This document shows positions 40,125 to 51,368 of a stretch of 64,000 nucleotides of DNA, piece after piece. The number at the start of each line of letters is the position of its first letter. The first letter of the stretch is position 1. The notes below the pieces were generated by a model. The model saw nothing but the letters and a program-made list of their open reading frames with translations. It had not been told where the DNA came from and ran no database searches. The translations under genes were made by a program, and so were the position numbers. The stretch comes from Mobula birostris (lineage: Eukaryota), in contig NC_092391.1 in the NCBI RefSeq assembly GCF_030028105.1, forward strand, positions 27,253,223-27,317,222. The letters are read 5' to 3'.

Positions 40125-43100
40125 TGTGTGTGTGTGTGACCCCTCCCCCAGTGAGGGTCAGTGTGAGTCTGTGACCCCTCCCCCAGTGAGGGTCAGTGTG
40201 TGTGTGGGACCCGTCTCCCAGTGAGGGTCAGTGTGTGTGTGGGACCCGTCTCCCAGTGCGGGTCAGTGTGTGTGTGACCCCTCCCCCAGTGAGGGTCAGT
40301 GTGTGTGGGACCCGTCCCCCAGTGAGGGTCAGTGTGTGTGTGGGACCCGTCCCCCAGTGAGGGTCAGTGTGTGTGGGAAGCACCTCCCAGTGAGGGTCAG
40401 TGTGTATGGGACCCATCCCCCCAGTGAGGGTCAGTGTGTGTGGGACCCCTCCCCCAGTGAGGGTCAGTGTGTGTGTGGGACCCGTCCCCCAGTGAGGGTC
40501 AGTGTGTGTGGGACCCATCCCCCCAGTGAGGGTCAGTGTGTGGGGGACCCGTCTCCAAGTGAGGGTCAGTGTGTGTGTGGGATCCATCTCCCAGTGAGGG
40601 TCAGTGTGTGTGGGACCCGTCCCCCAGTGAGGGTCAGTGTGTGTGGGACCCATCTCCCAGTGAGGGTCAGTGTGTGTGGGACCCCTCCCCCAGTGAGGGT
40701 CAGTGTGTGTGGGACCCATCCCCCCCAGTGAGGGTCAGTGTGTGTGGGACCCGTCTTCCAGTGAGGGTCAGTGTGTGTGTGGGATCCGTCTCCCAGTGAG
40801 GGTCAGTGTGTGTGTGTGTGTGTGTGGGATCCATCCCCCAGTGAGGGTCAGTGTGTGTGGGACCCATCCCCCAGTGAGGGTCAGTGTGTGTGTGTGGGAC
40901 CCATCCCCCAGTGAGGGTCAGTGTGTGTGTGGGACCCGTTCCCCAGTGAGGGTCAGAGTGTGTGTGTGGGACCCATTCCCCAGTAAGGGTCAGTGTGTGT
41001 GTGGGACCCGTCCCCCAGTGAGGGTCAGTGTGTGTGGGATCCATCCCCCCATTGTGAGTCAGTGTGTGCGTGGGATCCATCCCCCCATTGTGAGTCAGTG
41101 TGTGTGGGATCCATCCCCCCATTGTGAGTCAGTGTGTGTGGGATCCATCCCCCCATTGTGAATCAGTGTGTGTGGGACCCCTCCCCCTATTGTGAGTCAG
41201 TGTGTGTGTGGGACCCCTCCCCCTATTGTGAGTCAGTGTGTGTGTGGGAAGCACCTCCCAGTGAGGGTCAGTGTGTGTGGGACCCACCTCCCAGTGACGG
41301 TCAGTGTGTGTGGGACCAGTCCCCCAGTGAGGGTCAGTGTGTGTGGGACCCATCCCCCCAGTGAGGGTCAGTGTGTGTGTGGGATCCGTCTCCCAGTGAG
41401 GGTCAGTGTGTGTGTGTGGGATCCATCCTCCAGTGAGGGTCAGTGTGTGGAGGACCCGTCCCCCAGAGAGGGTCAGTGTGTGTGGGACCCGTCCCCCCAG
41501 TGAGGGTCAGTGTGTGTGTGGGACCAGTCTCCCAGTGAGGGTCAGTGTGTGGGGGACCCGTCTCCCAGTGAGGGTCAGTGTGTGTGTGGGACCCGTCTCC
41601 CAGTGAGGGTCAGTGTGTGGGGGACCCATCTCCCAGTGAGGGTCAGTGTGTGTGTGACCCCTCCCCCAGTGAGGGTCAGTGTGTGTGTGGGACCCGTCCC
41701 CCAGTGAGGGTCAGTGTGTGTGGGATCCGTCTCCCAGTGAGGGTCAGTGTGTGGGGGACCCGTCTCCCAGTGAGGGTCAGTGTGTGTGTGTGGGATCCAT
41801 CCCCCAGTGAGGGTCAGTGTGTGTGGGACCCATCCCCCAGTGAGGGTCAGTGTGTGTGGGACCCATCCCCCAGTGAGGGTCAGTGTGTGGGGGACCCGTC
41901 TCACAGTGAGGGTCAGTGTGTGGGGGACCCGTCTCCCAGTGAGGGTCAGTGTGTGGAGGACCCGTCCCCCAGAGAGGGTCAGTGTGTGTGGGACCCGTCC
42001 CCCCAGTGAGGGTCAGTGTGTGTGGGACCCGTCCCCCCAGTGAGGGTCAGTGTGTGTGTGACCCCTCCCCCAGTGAGGGTCAGTGTGTGTCTGTGACCCC
42101 TCCCCCAGTGAGGGTCAGTGTGTGTGTGGGATCCGTCTCCCAGTGAGGGTCAGTGTGTGTGGGATCTGTCCCCCAGTGAGGGTCAGTTTGTGTGTGGGAC
42201 CCATCCCCCAGTGAGGGTCAGTGTGTGTGGGACCCGTCCCCCAGTGAGGGTCAGTGTGTGTGGGACCCATCCCCCAGTGAGGGTCAGTGTGTGGGGGACC
42301 CGTCTCCCAGTGAGGGTCAGTGTGTGGGGGACCCGTCCCCCCAGTGAGGGTCAGTGTGTGTGGGATCTGTCTCCCAGTGAGGGTCAGTGTGTGGGGGACC
42401 GGTCTCCCAGTGAGGGTCAGTGTTTGTGGGACCCATCCCCCCAGTGAGGGTCAGTGTGTGTGTGTCCCATCCCCCAGTGAGGGTCAGTGTGTGTGGGACC
42501 CGTCTCCCAGTGAGGGTCAGTGTGTGTGGGACCCGTCCCCCCAGTGAGGGTCAGTGTGTGTGGGACCGATCCCCCCAGTGAGGGTCAGTGTTTGTGGGAC
42601 CGATCCCCCCAGTGAGGGACAGTGTGTGTGGGACCAGTCCCCCAGTGAGGGTCAGTGTGTGTGTGGGACCAACCGCCCAGTGAGGGTCAGTGTGGGAAGG
42701 ACCTGTCCCCCAGAGAGGGTCAGTGTGTGTGGGACCCGTCCCCCAGTGAGGGTCAGTGCGTGTGTGATCCATCCCCCCATTGTGAGTCAGTGTGTGTGGG
42801 ATCCATCCCCCCATTGTGAGTCAGTGTGTGTGGGATCCATCCCCCCATTGTGAGTCAGTGTGTGTGTGGGATCCATCCCCCCATTGTGAGTCACTGTGTG
42901 TGGGACCCCTCCCCCCATTGTGAGTCAGTGTGTGTGGGACCCCTCCCCCCATTGTGAGTCAGTGTGTGTGGGATCCATCCCCCGATTGTGAGTCAGTGTG
43001 TGTGGGATCCATCCCCCGATTGTGAGTCAGTGTGTGTGGGAAGCACCTCCCAGTGAGGGTCAGTGTGGGAAGGACCTGTCCCCCAGAGAGGGTCAGTGTG

Positions 43101-45435
43101 TGTGGGACCCGTCCCCCAGTGAGGGTCAGTGTGTGTGGGACCCGTCCCCCCAGTGAGGGTCAGTGTGTGTGGGACCGATCCCCCCAGTGAGGGTCAGTGT
43201 TTGTGGGACCGATCCCCCCAGTGAGGGACAGTGTGTGTGGGACCCCTCCCCCAGTGAGGGTCAGTGTGTGTGTGGGATCCATCCCCCCATTGTGAGTCAG
43301 TGTGTGTGTGGGAAGCACCTCCCAGTGAGGGTCAGTGTGTGGGGGACCCGTCCCCCCCAGTGAGGGTCAGTGTGTGTGTGGGACCAACCTCCCAGTGAGG
43401 GTCAGTGTGGGAAGGACCTGTCCCCCAGAGAGGGTCAGTGTGTGTGGGACCCGTCCCCCCAGTGAGGGTCAGTGTGTGTGGGACCTGTCCCCCCAGTGAG
43501 GGTCAGTGTTTGTGGGACCGATCCCCCCAGAGAGGGTCAGTGTGTGTGGGACCCGTCCCCCCAGTGAGGGTCAGTGTGTGTGGGACCTGTCCCCCCAGCG
43601 AGGGTCAGTGTTTGTGGGACCGATCCCCCCAGTGAGGGACAGTGTGTGTGGGACCCACCTCCCAGTGAGGGTCAGTGTGTGTGGGAGCCGTCCCCCCAGT
43701 GAGGGTCAGTGTGTGTGGGACCCCTCCCCCAGTGACGGTCAGTGTGTGTGGGACCCCTCCCCCAGTGAGGGTCAGTGTGTGTGGGATCCATCCCCCAGTG
43801 AGGGTCAGTGTGTGTGGGACCCATCCCCCAGTGAGGGTCAGTGTGTGGGGGACCCGTCTCCCAGTGAGGGTCAGTGTGTGGGGGACCCGTCCCCCCAGTG
43901 AGGGTCAGTGTGTGTGGGATCTGTCTCCCAGTGAGGGTCAGTGTGTGGGGGACCGGTCTCCCAGTGAGGGTCAGTGTTTGTGGGACCCATCCCCCCAGTG
44001 AGGGTCAGTGTGTGTGTGTCCCATCCCCCAGTGAGGGTCAGTGTGTGTGGGACCCGTCTCCCAGTGAGGGTCAGTGTGTGTGGGACCCGTCCCCCCAGTG
44101 AGGGTCAGTGTGTGTGGGACCGATCCCCCCAGTGAGGGTCAGTGTTTGTGGGACCGATCCCCCCAGTGAGGGACAGTGTGTGTGGGACCAGTCCCCCAGT
44201 GAGGGTCAGTGTGTGTGTGGGACCAACCGCCCAGTGAGGGTCAGTGTGGGAAGGACCTGTCCCCCAGAGAGGGTCAGTGTGTGTGGGACCCGTCCCCCCA
44301 GTGAGGGTCAGTGTTTGTGGGACCGATCCCCCCAGTGAGGGACAGTGTGTGTGGGACCCCTCCCCCAGTGAGGGTCAGTGTGTGTGTGGGATCCATCCCC
44401 CCATTGTGAGTCAGTGTGTGTGTGGGAAGCACCTCCCAGTGAGGGTCAGTGTGTGGGGGACCCGTCCCCCCCAGTGAGGGTCAGTGTGTGTGTGGGACCA
44501 ACCTCCCAGTGAGGGTCAGTGTGGGAAGGACCTGTCCCCCAGAGAGGGTCAGTGTGTGTGGGACCCGTCCCCCAGTGAGGGTCAGTGTGTGTGGGACCTG
44601 TCCCCCCAGTGAGGGTCAGTGTTTGTGGGACCGATCCCCCCAGAGAGGGTCAGTGTGTGTGGGACCCGTCCCCCAGTGAGGGTCAGTGTGTGTGGGACCT
44701 GTCCCCCCAGTGAGGGTCAGTGTTTGTGGGACCGATCCCCCCAGAGAGGGTCAGTGTGTGTGGGACCCGTCCCCCAGTGAGGGTCAGTGTGTGTGGGACC
44801 TGTCCCCCAGTGAGGGTCAGTGTGTGTGGGACCCGTCCCCCCAGTGAGGGTCAGTGTGTGTGGGACCTGTCCCCCCAGTGAGGGTCAGTGTTTGTGGGAC
44901 CGATCCCCCCAGTGAGGGACAGTGTGTGTGGGACCCACCTCCCAGTGAGGGTCAGTGTGTGTGGGAGCCGTCCCCCCAGTGAGGGTCAGTGTGTGTGGGA
45001 CCCCTCCCCCAGTGACGGTCAGTGTGTGTGGGACCCCTCCCCCAGTGAGGGTCAGTGTGTGTGGGATCCATCCCCCAGTGAGGGTCAGTGTGTGTGGGAC
45101 CCATCCCCCAGTGAGGGTCAGTGTGTGGGGGACCCGTCTCCCAGTGAGGGTCAGTGTGTGGGGGACCGGTCTCCCAGTGAGGGTCAGTGTTTGTGGGGGA
45201 CCCGTTTCCCCAGTGAGGGTCAGTGTGTGGGGGACCGGTCTCCCAGTGAGGGTCAGTGTTTGTGGGGGACCCGTTTCCCCAGTGAGGGTCAGTGTGTGTG
45301 GGGGACCTGTTTCCCCAGTGAGGGTCAGTGTGTGTGTGTCCCATCCCCCAGTGAGGGTCAGTGTGTGTGGGGGACCCGTTTCCCCAGTGAGGGTCAGTGT
45401 GTGTGGGGGACCTGTCTCCCCAGTGAGGGTCGGTG
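40125..45435. repeat. ~5.3-kb minisatellite, ~31-33-bp unit CAGTGAGGGTCAGTGTGTGTGGGACCCGTCCCC
   Basis: Directly visible tandem array in DNLZ intron 2. Confidence 0.98.
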
Positions 45436-45439
45436 TGAG

Positions 45440-45835
45440 GGACAGCTCACTCATCTTTGGTCCCCACAGACACTCAGCTCTCAGTTGTGACTCCAAGTAG
45501 CTCGAAGCTGTTGCATGTGATAGGGGCTTCATACCCCAGGGAGAAAGGGACATGCCCATCCTCGCGTGCAGAGTCAACTCTGGCAGATTGGGTGGATGAG
45601 ATCTACAGTGAGATCAACGGTCAGGAAGGTGGCTCTGCAATGCCCCATGGACAGCGAGTGGCATGATGAGGAACAGAAGTAAACGTGGTCATCTGCTACA
45701 ACCAAGGAAGGTGCTTGTTTGCATCACTGGACCTGGATTTCTGAGACAAAGTGGAACTGCCCTAGTGCAACAGCTTTTCCACTTTAAAACTCCTGCGCAC
45801 ATGTTTCCTGTCATCGGACATGACGGACGCCCACA
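45440..45835 (+). mobile_element. Older diverged relative of the 51186-51737 retroposon
   Basis: Shares TTTGGTCCCCAC..CACTCAGCTCTCA..TGTG.CTCC..GTAGCT and CAACGGTCA.GAAGG.GG.CTCTGCAA blocks. Confidence 0.6.
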
Positions 45836-45890
45836 TTGCTGAAATTTTAAGTAGAATTCCACTAGTTAAATTAAATTAATCAGGACTTAC

Positions 45891-46030
45891 TTTTTCCCTT
45901 CGAGGTCTGAAAACCATCCCAAATTGTCAGCTATGATATGATGATTGCTACACCCCGGGCACTTCACAATAACCACTCCATTGTGATAAGCAAGTTTGGA
46001 AATCCTCTTGGCGGATCTTTCATTACACAC
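45891..46030 (-). CDS. DNLZ: DNLZ exon 2
   Basis: 140 nt, AG/GT flanked; [46 protein letters not shown] (zf-DNL motif). Confidence 0.96.
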
Positions 46031-46412
46031 CTGAAAGAATATAAAATACTCATCAGCGTTGTATTAGGAAAGGTTCAGATCCTTTTTCTATTTGACCTTA
46101 ACCTGCCTCTCCACCTCAAACCCCTAAATTTGTTTCTGAGCCAGCACTGGATAATGAACAGAGGTGAGTGACTCTGGTCTCCGAATACCAAAGGTTAAAG
46201 AGCAACTTCCCTGTATCCTTGTTCCCGACATAAGTAATGCCGTATTCTCATATACCTCACAACATATAGTCTTTGAGGGCAGTACAGGGGTATAGACAGG
46301 TGAGTGGCTCCCTCAGTTCCTATGATGGGGTTTGTGTGTTTGCTTTGTGACTGGGGTTCTTCCCACATCCTACAGAAATATACAGATTAAAAAATCTAGT
46401 CCTTTCCCGGCG

Positions 46413-46814
46413 TGTATGACGAATAAACTCTTCTCAGGCTCCCAGCCAGGTACAGGAATCGATTATAAACGACGTTTCAATGACAACCACTGCCATCTCC
46501 ATCAGAGATGATGCCCGGGTATGTCTAGTCCGAAGGTATTGTTACCCCCACCGTCCTTGTTAAAATAGAGGAAAAGAACTTTAACAAAGGCAAAGGTCCC
46601 ACTCAAGTTGGAATTCACTTGTAAACAAGGTGGGAGAGTGGAAACCTGATTGGATGAGGACTAACCAATCAGGAGGGATGGACAATGGGGGTATCAATAC
46701 CACCAGGCCAGACATCATCCTCATGAAGACGGCAGAGGTTTTCATCGAAACGCCGGTTATAACTGACACTTGTACCCAGCTGGAAGCCCAAGAAGAGTTT
46801 ATTCATCATATACA
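46413..46814. mobile_element. Foldback element with hammerhead-like motifs (same family as 29352-30506)
   Basis: Ends TGTATGACGAATAAACTCTT / AAGAGTTTATTCATCATATACA; in DNLZ intron 1. Confidence 0.78.
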
Positions 46815-47444
46815 GATTGTCAGATAACTTACCACCAGTTGCCCCTCGTGTAGCTGAGTAGTGGAATCTGGGATGGGGGGGGGTTAAGGGGGTGATGTTG
46901 ATAGGAGCACGAATTATTTGTTTTTATTGTAACTTATAGTAACTTGTTATGTATTGCACTGATGGCACAACATGACAAATTTCACAACATATATAATCCT
47001 GATTCTGGGGTTATGAATAGCACAACATGGGTGCTTGGTGATGGAGACTCAGTGGGTTCAGTGGATGTGCTGTGTCTCATCCATTCTCTCTCTCTCCATT
47101 TATGTCTAATTTAAATTTCCCGTGTTGTCTGAACCTAAGCGCCTTGATGCTGCTGCAAGTTTTTCCTATTGTACCTGTACCTCACACATTTGTGTACATG
47201 ACAGTAACCTCTATCTGACCTGACCCTCCTGCAAGTGGTATGTGGAAACCCTTACAGCATGAAATCAAGCCCTTTGGCCCATGCGTCTCCCTAGGCTATA
47301 GGGAGAACGTGCACGACCCTGGGTTATCGAACCCTCCTTGCTGTTCCCCCACCCGCACCCCCACTATACTCTGAACAGTCATTGCAAGTGTCCCGGAGGC
47401 TCCGGAATGCAGATGCGGAGGGGCAGAGCCGTCCTCTCGCTCAC

Positions 47445-47660
47445 CTTGCAGGTGTAGACCAGCTGATAGTGGGTGGCAGCGGCCTGGCTCGCACCGACGG
47501 CAGCCCGCCTGTTCCGGCCGCTCCAGAGGCTTCTGCCGTGGGGTAGAGGCCGACCGCCGGCAAGGAGTACCCGGCGCGGACACCTGGAGGCCGCAGCAAT
47601 CAGCCGGGAGGTCACCGCTCCCCCTAAACGAGTAAAAGCGAGATGGAGACGCAGCGCCAT
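47445..47660 (-). CDS. DNLZ: DNLZ exon 1 (mitochondrial targeting-like N-terminus)
   Basis: ATG at 47660; Arg/Ala/Leu-rich MALRLHLAFTRL... ending THYQLVYTCK|GTGAG; total CDS 522 nt, 173 aa. Confidence 0.92.
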
Positions 47661-47800
47661 CGCTCCCACCGCGGCTGCAGCGCAGTTACTATGGAAACTC
47701 CAGCACACGTGTCCCGACCGGAAATACGTCACTGCCGCTTTCTCCGGGACCCTCGGGAGCCGCTTGTCCTGTCACGTGACACTGACTGGTTGGTGCAAAA
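47661..47800 (-). promoter_or_regulatory. DNLZ: DNLZ CpG-rich promoter
   Basis: CpG-rich; ETS-like CCGGAAAT at ~47718; palindromic E-box GTCACGTGAC at 47771-47780. Confidence 0.6.
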
Positions 47801-48697
47801 GGTTTCAGAAGCTGAGAAAAGAAGGGAAATCTCCCTCCGTTAAAAGTTAAACGAATACTTCATAAGATAACTGGTACCAGTTTAACAGTATTGAAAGTAT
47901 TTACATTTTAAACACAAGAGATACTGCAGACCCTGGAAATCCAGAGCACAACTACTGGTGGAACGCAGTAGGTCAGCCTGCAATTTTAACAGTTGAGGAC
48001 ATTCCAGGCCAGACCCTTCACCAGGACTCTTCATTTCTTTACATTTGTCTGCATTAAATTGGAATTATTATGTGGCTGGCTATTGGTTTTATGATAAACC
48101 GGTTGCTATGCTCAAAAGTGACAGATCAACTCTTTTTCCACAGATGATGACTGAGCGCCTGTGTGCTTCCAGGACGTTCTAGTTATAAAAATAATACTAT
48201 TTACAGTTTTCTGTACTGCCGTCTCTGCAATACCTATCTGCTCACAGAGCTATTATGTGGACCCAAAAAGCATTTGACTGTTTGCAAAATAAAATAGTGA
48301 AGATCTATATGTTGACTGTAATAGGCAGACACTAACATTTGCAATTTAATGCAGGCAAGTGTAAATAAATACGAGGTCAAAGATAGGTAGAGGGGACAGT
48401 GAAACTCGTTGCTTGGGAAGGAAGTTTACAGGTAGAATTTATATATACAATACTTCAAACGTGACAAGTTGAAATGCAATTGAATGATTACAAATAATTA
48501 TGACCTTAAATAATATTTAGGGCCTTCATTAGAGGATTGATTTCATTATTGAGTATTGCACCTTCAGAAGGGCAGCTTGACTTCACACGTTGGATTATGA
48601 ATAAGATTATAAGGAGCAGAAACAAATTTAGGATATTTGGCCCTTTGTACATGCTTCTGTATTCAACAAAGCCATAGCCAAATCTTTCACTTCTTTT

Positions 48698-49858
48698 TAA
48701 ATCTTTTTATTAATTTTCCAAAGTTATAAACACAATAACAATGTTGATACAGAGAGACTGGAATAATCTGGATGTGGCCTTCTATATGTTGGTGAGACCC
48801 GACGCAGACTGGGAGATCGTTTTGCTGAACACCCACACTCTGTCCGCCAGAGAAAGCAGGATCTCCCAGTGGCCACACGTTTTATTCCACATCCCATTCC
48901 CATTCTGATATGTCTATCCACGGCCACCTCTACTGTAAAGATAAGCCACACTCAGGTTGGAGGAACAACACCTTATATTCCCTCTGGGTAGCCTCCAACC
49001 TGATGGCATGAACATTGACTTCTCAAACTTCTGCTAATGCCCCAACTGCCCGTCGAACCCCATCCGTTATTTATTTATATACACATTTTTTTTTCTCTCT
49101 CTCTCTCTCCTTTTTCTCCCTCTGTCCCTCTCACTATACCCCTTGCCCATCCTCTGGGTCCCCCCCCCCATTTTCTTTCTCCCTGGGCCTCCTGTCCCAT
49201 GATCCTCTCATATCTCCTTTGCCAATCACCTGTCCAGCTCTTGGCTCCATCCCTCCCCCTCCTGTCTTCTCCTATCATTTTGGATCTTTCCCCACCCTTC
49301 CCAATTTCAAATCTCTTACTAGCTCTTCCTTCAGTTAGTCCTGACGAAGGGTCTCAGCCTGAAACGTGGACTGTACCTCTTCCTAGAGATGCTGCCTGGT
49401 CTGCTGCGTTCACCGGCAACTTTTATGTGTGTTGCTGGAATAATCTTATTGTTAATAAGCATATACAAAAAAAGATTTCAAATAATACAAGTATAATAGA
49501 CTTCCAAACTCATGATGTAATTAATCATAGAGAAAAAAGAAATAAAAAGAAAAAAATACAAAGAAAACCCCCAAAAAGAAACAAAAAAAAGAACTAAATA
49601 CTAAACCCAAAAAAGCAAACAGAACAAAACAAGGCTAGACCATTATCTTAAATCGAACACGTTCAATGATGTTGTCAACTCTGCTCCTCTATTCATATAT
49701 TTTAAGTTAATGAGGAGGATTCGGAAAGGTCAAATTACATCATATGAAAATGTTGAATAAATGGTTTCCAAGTCTCTTCAAATTTAACCGAAGGATCAAA
49801 AATGTCACTTCTAATTTTTCCTAAATTTAAACATGATATAGTTTGGGAAAACCATGCT
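48698..49858 (-). mobile_element. L1/Tx1-type LINE 3' fragment hosting a Penelope insertion
   Basis: C-terminal WFSQTISCLNLGKIR...KFEETWKPFIQHF*; 18-bp TSD AAATCTTTCACTTCTTTT at 48680 and 49859. Confidence 0.75.
48770..49434 (+). mobile_element. Penelope-like 3' fragment with pLTR hammerhead motif
   Basis: Reverse-complement homolog of 20023-20868; flanking duplication CTGGAATAATCT at 48758 and 49435. Confidence 0.88.
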
Positions 49859-51185
49859 AAATCTTTCACTTCTTTTATTTTTGTTTATTTATTTACTGAG
49901 AATCGTTTCAGAATAGCCTCTTGCAGCCACGCCACCCAGCAATCCCCCATTTAATCCTAGCCTAATTGTGGTGCAATTTACAATGACTAATTAACCTATC
50001 AATCGGTTTATGTCCCTGGATTGTGGGAGGAAACTGAAGCAAACCCATGGGGAGAACATACAGGCAGCAGTGGGAATTGAACCCATGTCGCTGGTACTGT
50101 AAACTGGTGTGCTAACCACTACGCCACTGTACAACTTCTCTGCAGTATTTCATATCCTTAGTAGCCAAAAATCAATTGAACTCTGAAGAATCTTTGTGAT
50201 TGAACCTCCACAATCCCGTTGGATATATCTACTTCCCATTGGGTAAGACATTTCTTTTCATCTCTTTAACCCCTATGAAGACTGTGAACCATGGTCCTAG
50301 GCACATCAACCAGAGGAAATATCCTCTGCATCAACCCTGTCAAACCTATGAAGAATTTTGCATGTTTCAATGAGATTATATGTCATTTGTATAAATTCTA
50401 GAGAATATAAACCCAGACTGCCTAATCTCTCCTCAAACAACAAATCTGCTACCCAGGAATGAATCTAGTAAACCATTACTGTTTTCCCCATTAGCCTTCC
50501 TTAAATAGAGAGACCTATCTTGCAGGAATGCTCTTACCAGTGCACTATAAAGTTGGGGTAAGATTTCAAATCCTCTTGAAATTAAGCACAATACCACATA
50601 ACTTTATAATTGTTTGCTTCACCTGCATGTTAACTCTCAGTGTCAATTGTACAAGAAACATTTAGACGTTCCTCTACACCCAAAGTCCCCCCCAGCTTCC
50701 CCCTCCCGCGCGTAAGCAGCAGTGAGCAATGATTCCCCCCTCCCCCCACCAGAAATAAACACGCATCGGTACCATCGCCGAGCCCAAGCGTGTGCTAAGC
50801 AATAGCAAAGATACAGACCAAAGTTACCCCAATGGCTTTGCATTTCATCCGATATTCGACAAACCACAGGTTCTCTCTCTCCCTGGCAAGGGGGAGGGAG
50901 GTGTCTCCCATTCTCACAGTGAGCGGGATGTTATTTGCACATTATATTCCATGTGCAATTTCATTGCTATTTTATTAAGTCTGTTTCTATCCCTTGAAGC
51001 CTCTTTGTATCCTCCTTACAACCTACACTGACACCTAGTAGAACATTACCACCCTTTGGCCAATGATGTTGTTCCAGCCTTTTAACCTACTTTGAGATCA
51101 ATCTAACTCTTCCCTCCCATATTGCCCTCCATTTTTTTCTTAATCCTTGTGCCTGTGTAACAGTAACCATCTCTTGTAAGTGTAT

Positions 51186-51368
51186 GGGGTGTCAGGGAGG
51201 GGTAGCACCTGTGGTGGGGGAACATGTCGCGTCCTTTTCAAGGCAGTTAGTCCACCTTTGGTCCCCACCTGGCACTCAGCTCTCACCTGTGGCTCCCTGT
51301 AGCTGTTTGCATGCGACAGCGGCCACACCCCGGGCAACGGCTCCGACAAGCCGGCTAAACCAGGTGAG
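51186..51368 (+). ncRNA. Candidate HDV-like self-cleaving ribozyme
   Basis: P1 GGGGUGU/ACACCCC; P2 CUCACCUGU/AC(C)AGGUGAG; P3 GGC/GCC; P1.1 CC/GG; GCAA-P4(CGGC/GCCG)-GCUAA with catalytic-position C at 51355. Confidence 0.6.

Noticed and set aside
40125-45435. CRISPR-like repeat array
   Set aside because: No unique spacers, no cas genes, eukaryotic intron
40228-45577. Many Cys/Pro/Val-rich or His/Thr-rich ORFs
   Set aside because: Translations of the minisatellite in several frames on both strands; intronic, with no exon signals
47661-47732. N-terminal extension of DNLZ in the ORF track
   Set aside because: Begins at GTG; the first in-frame ATG is at 47660
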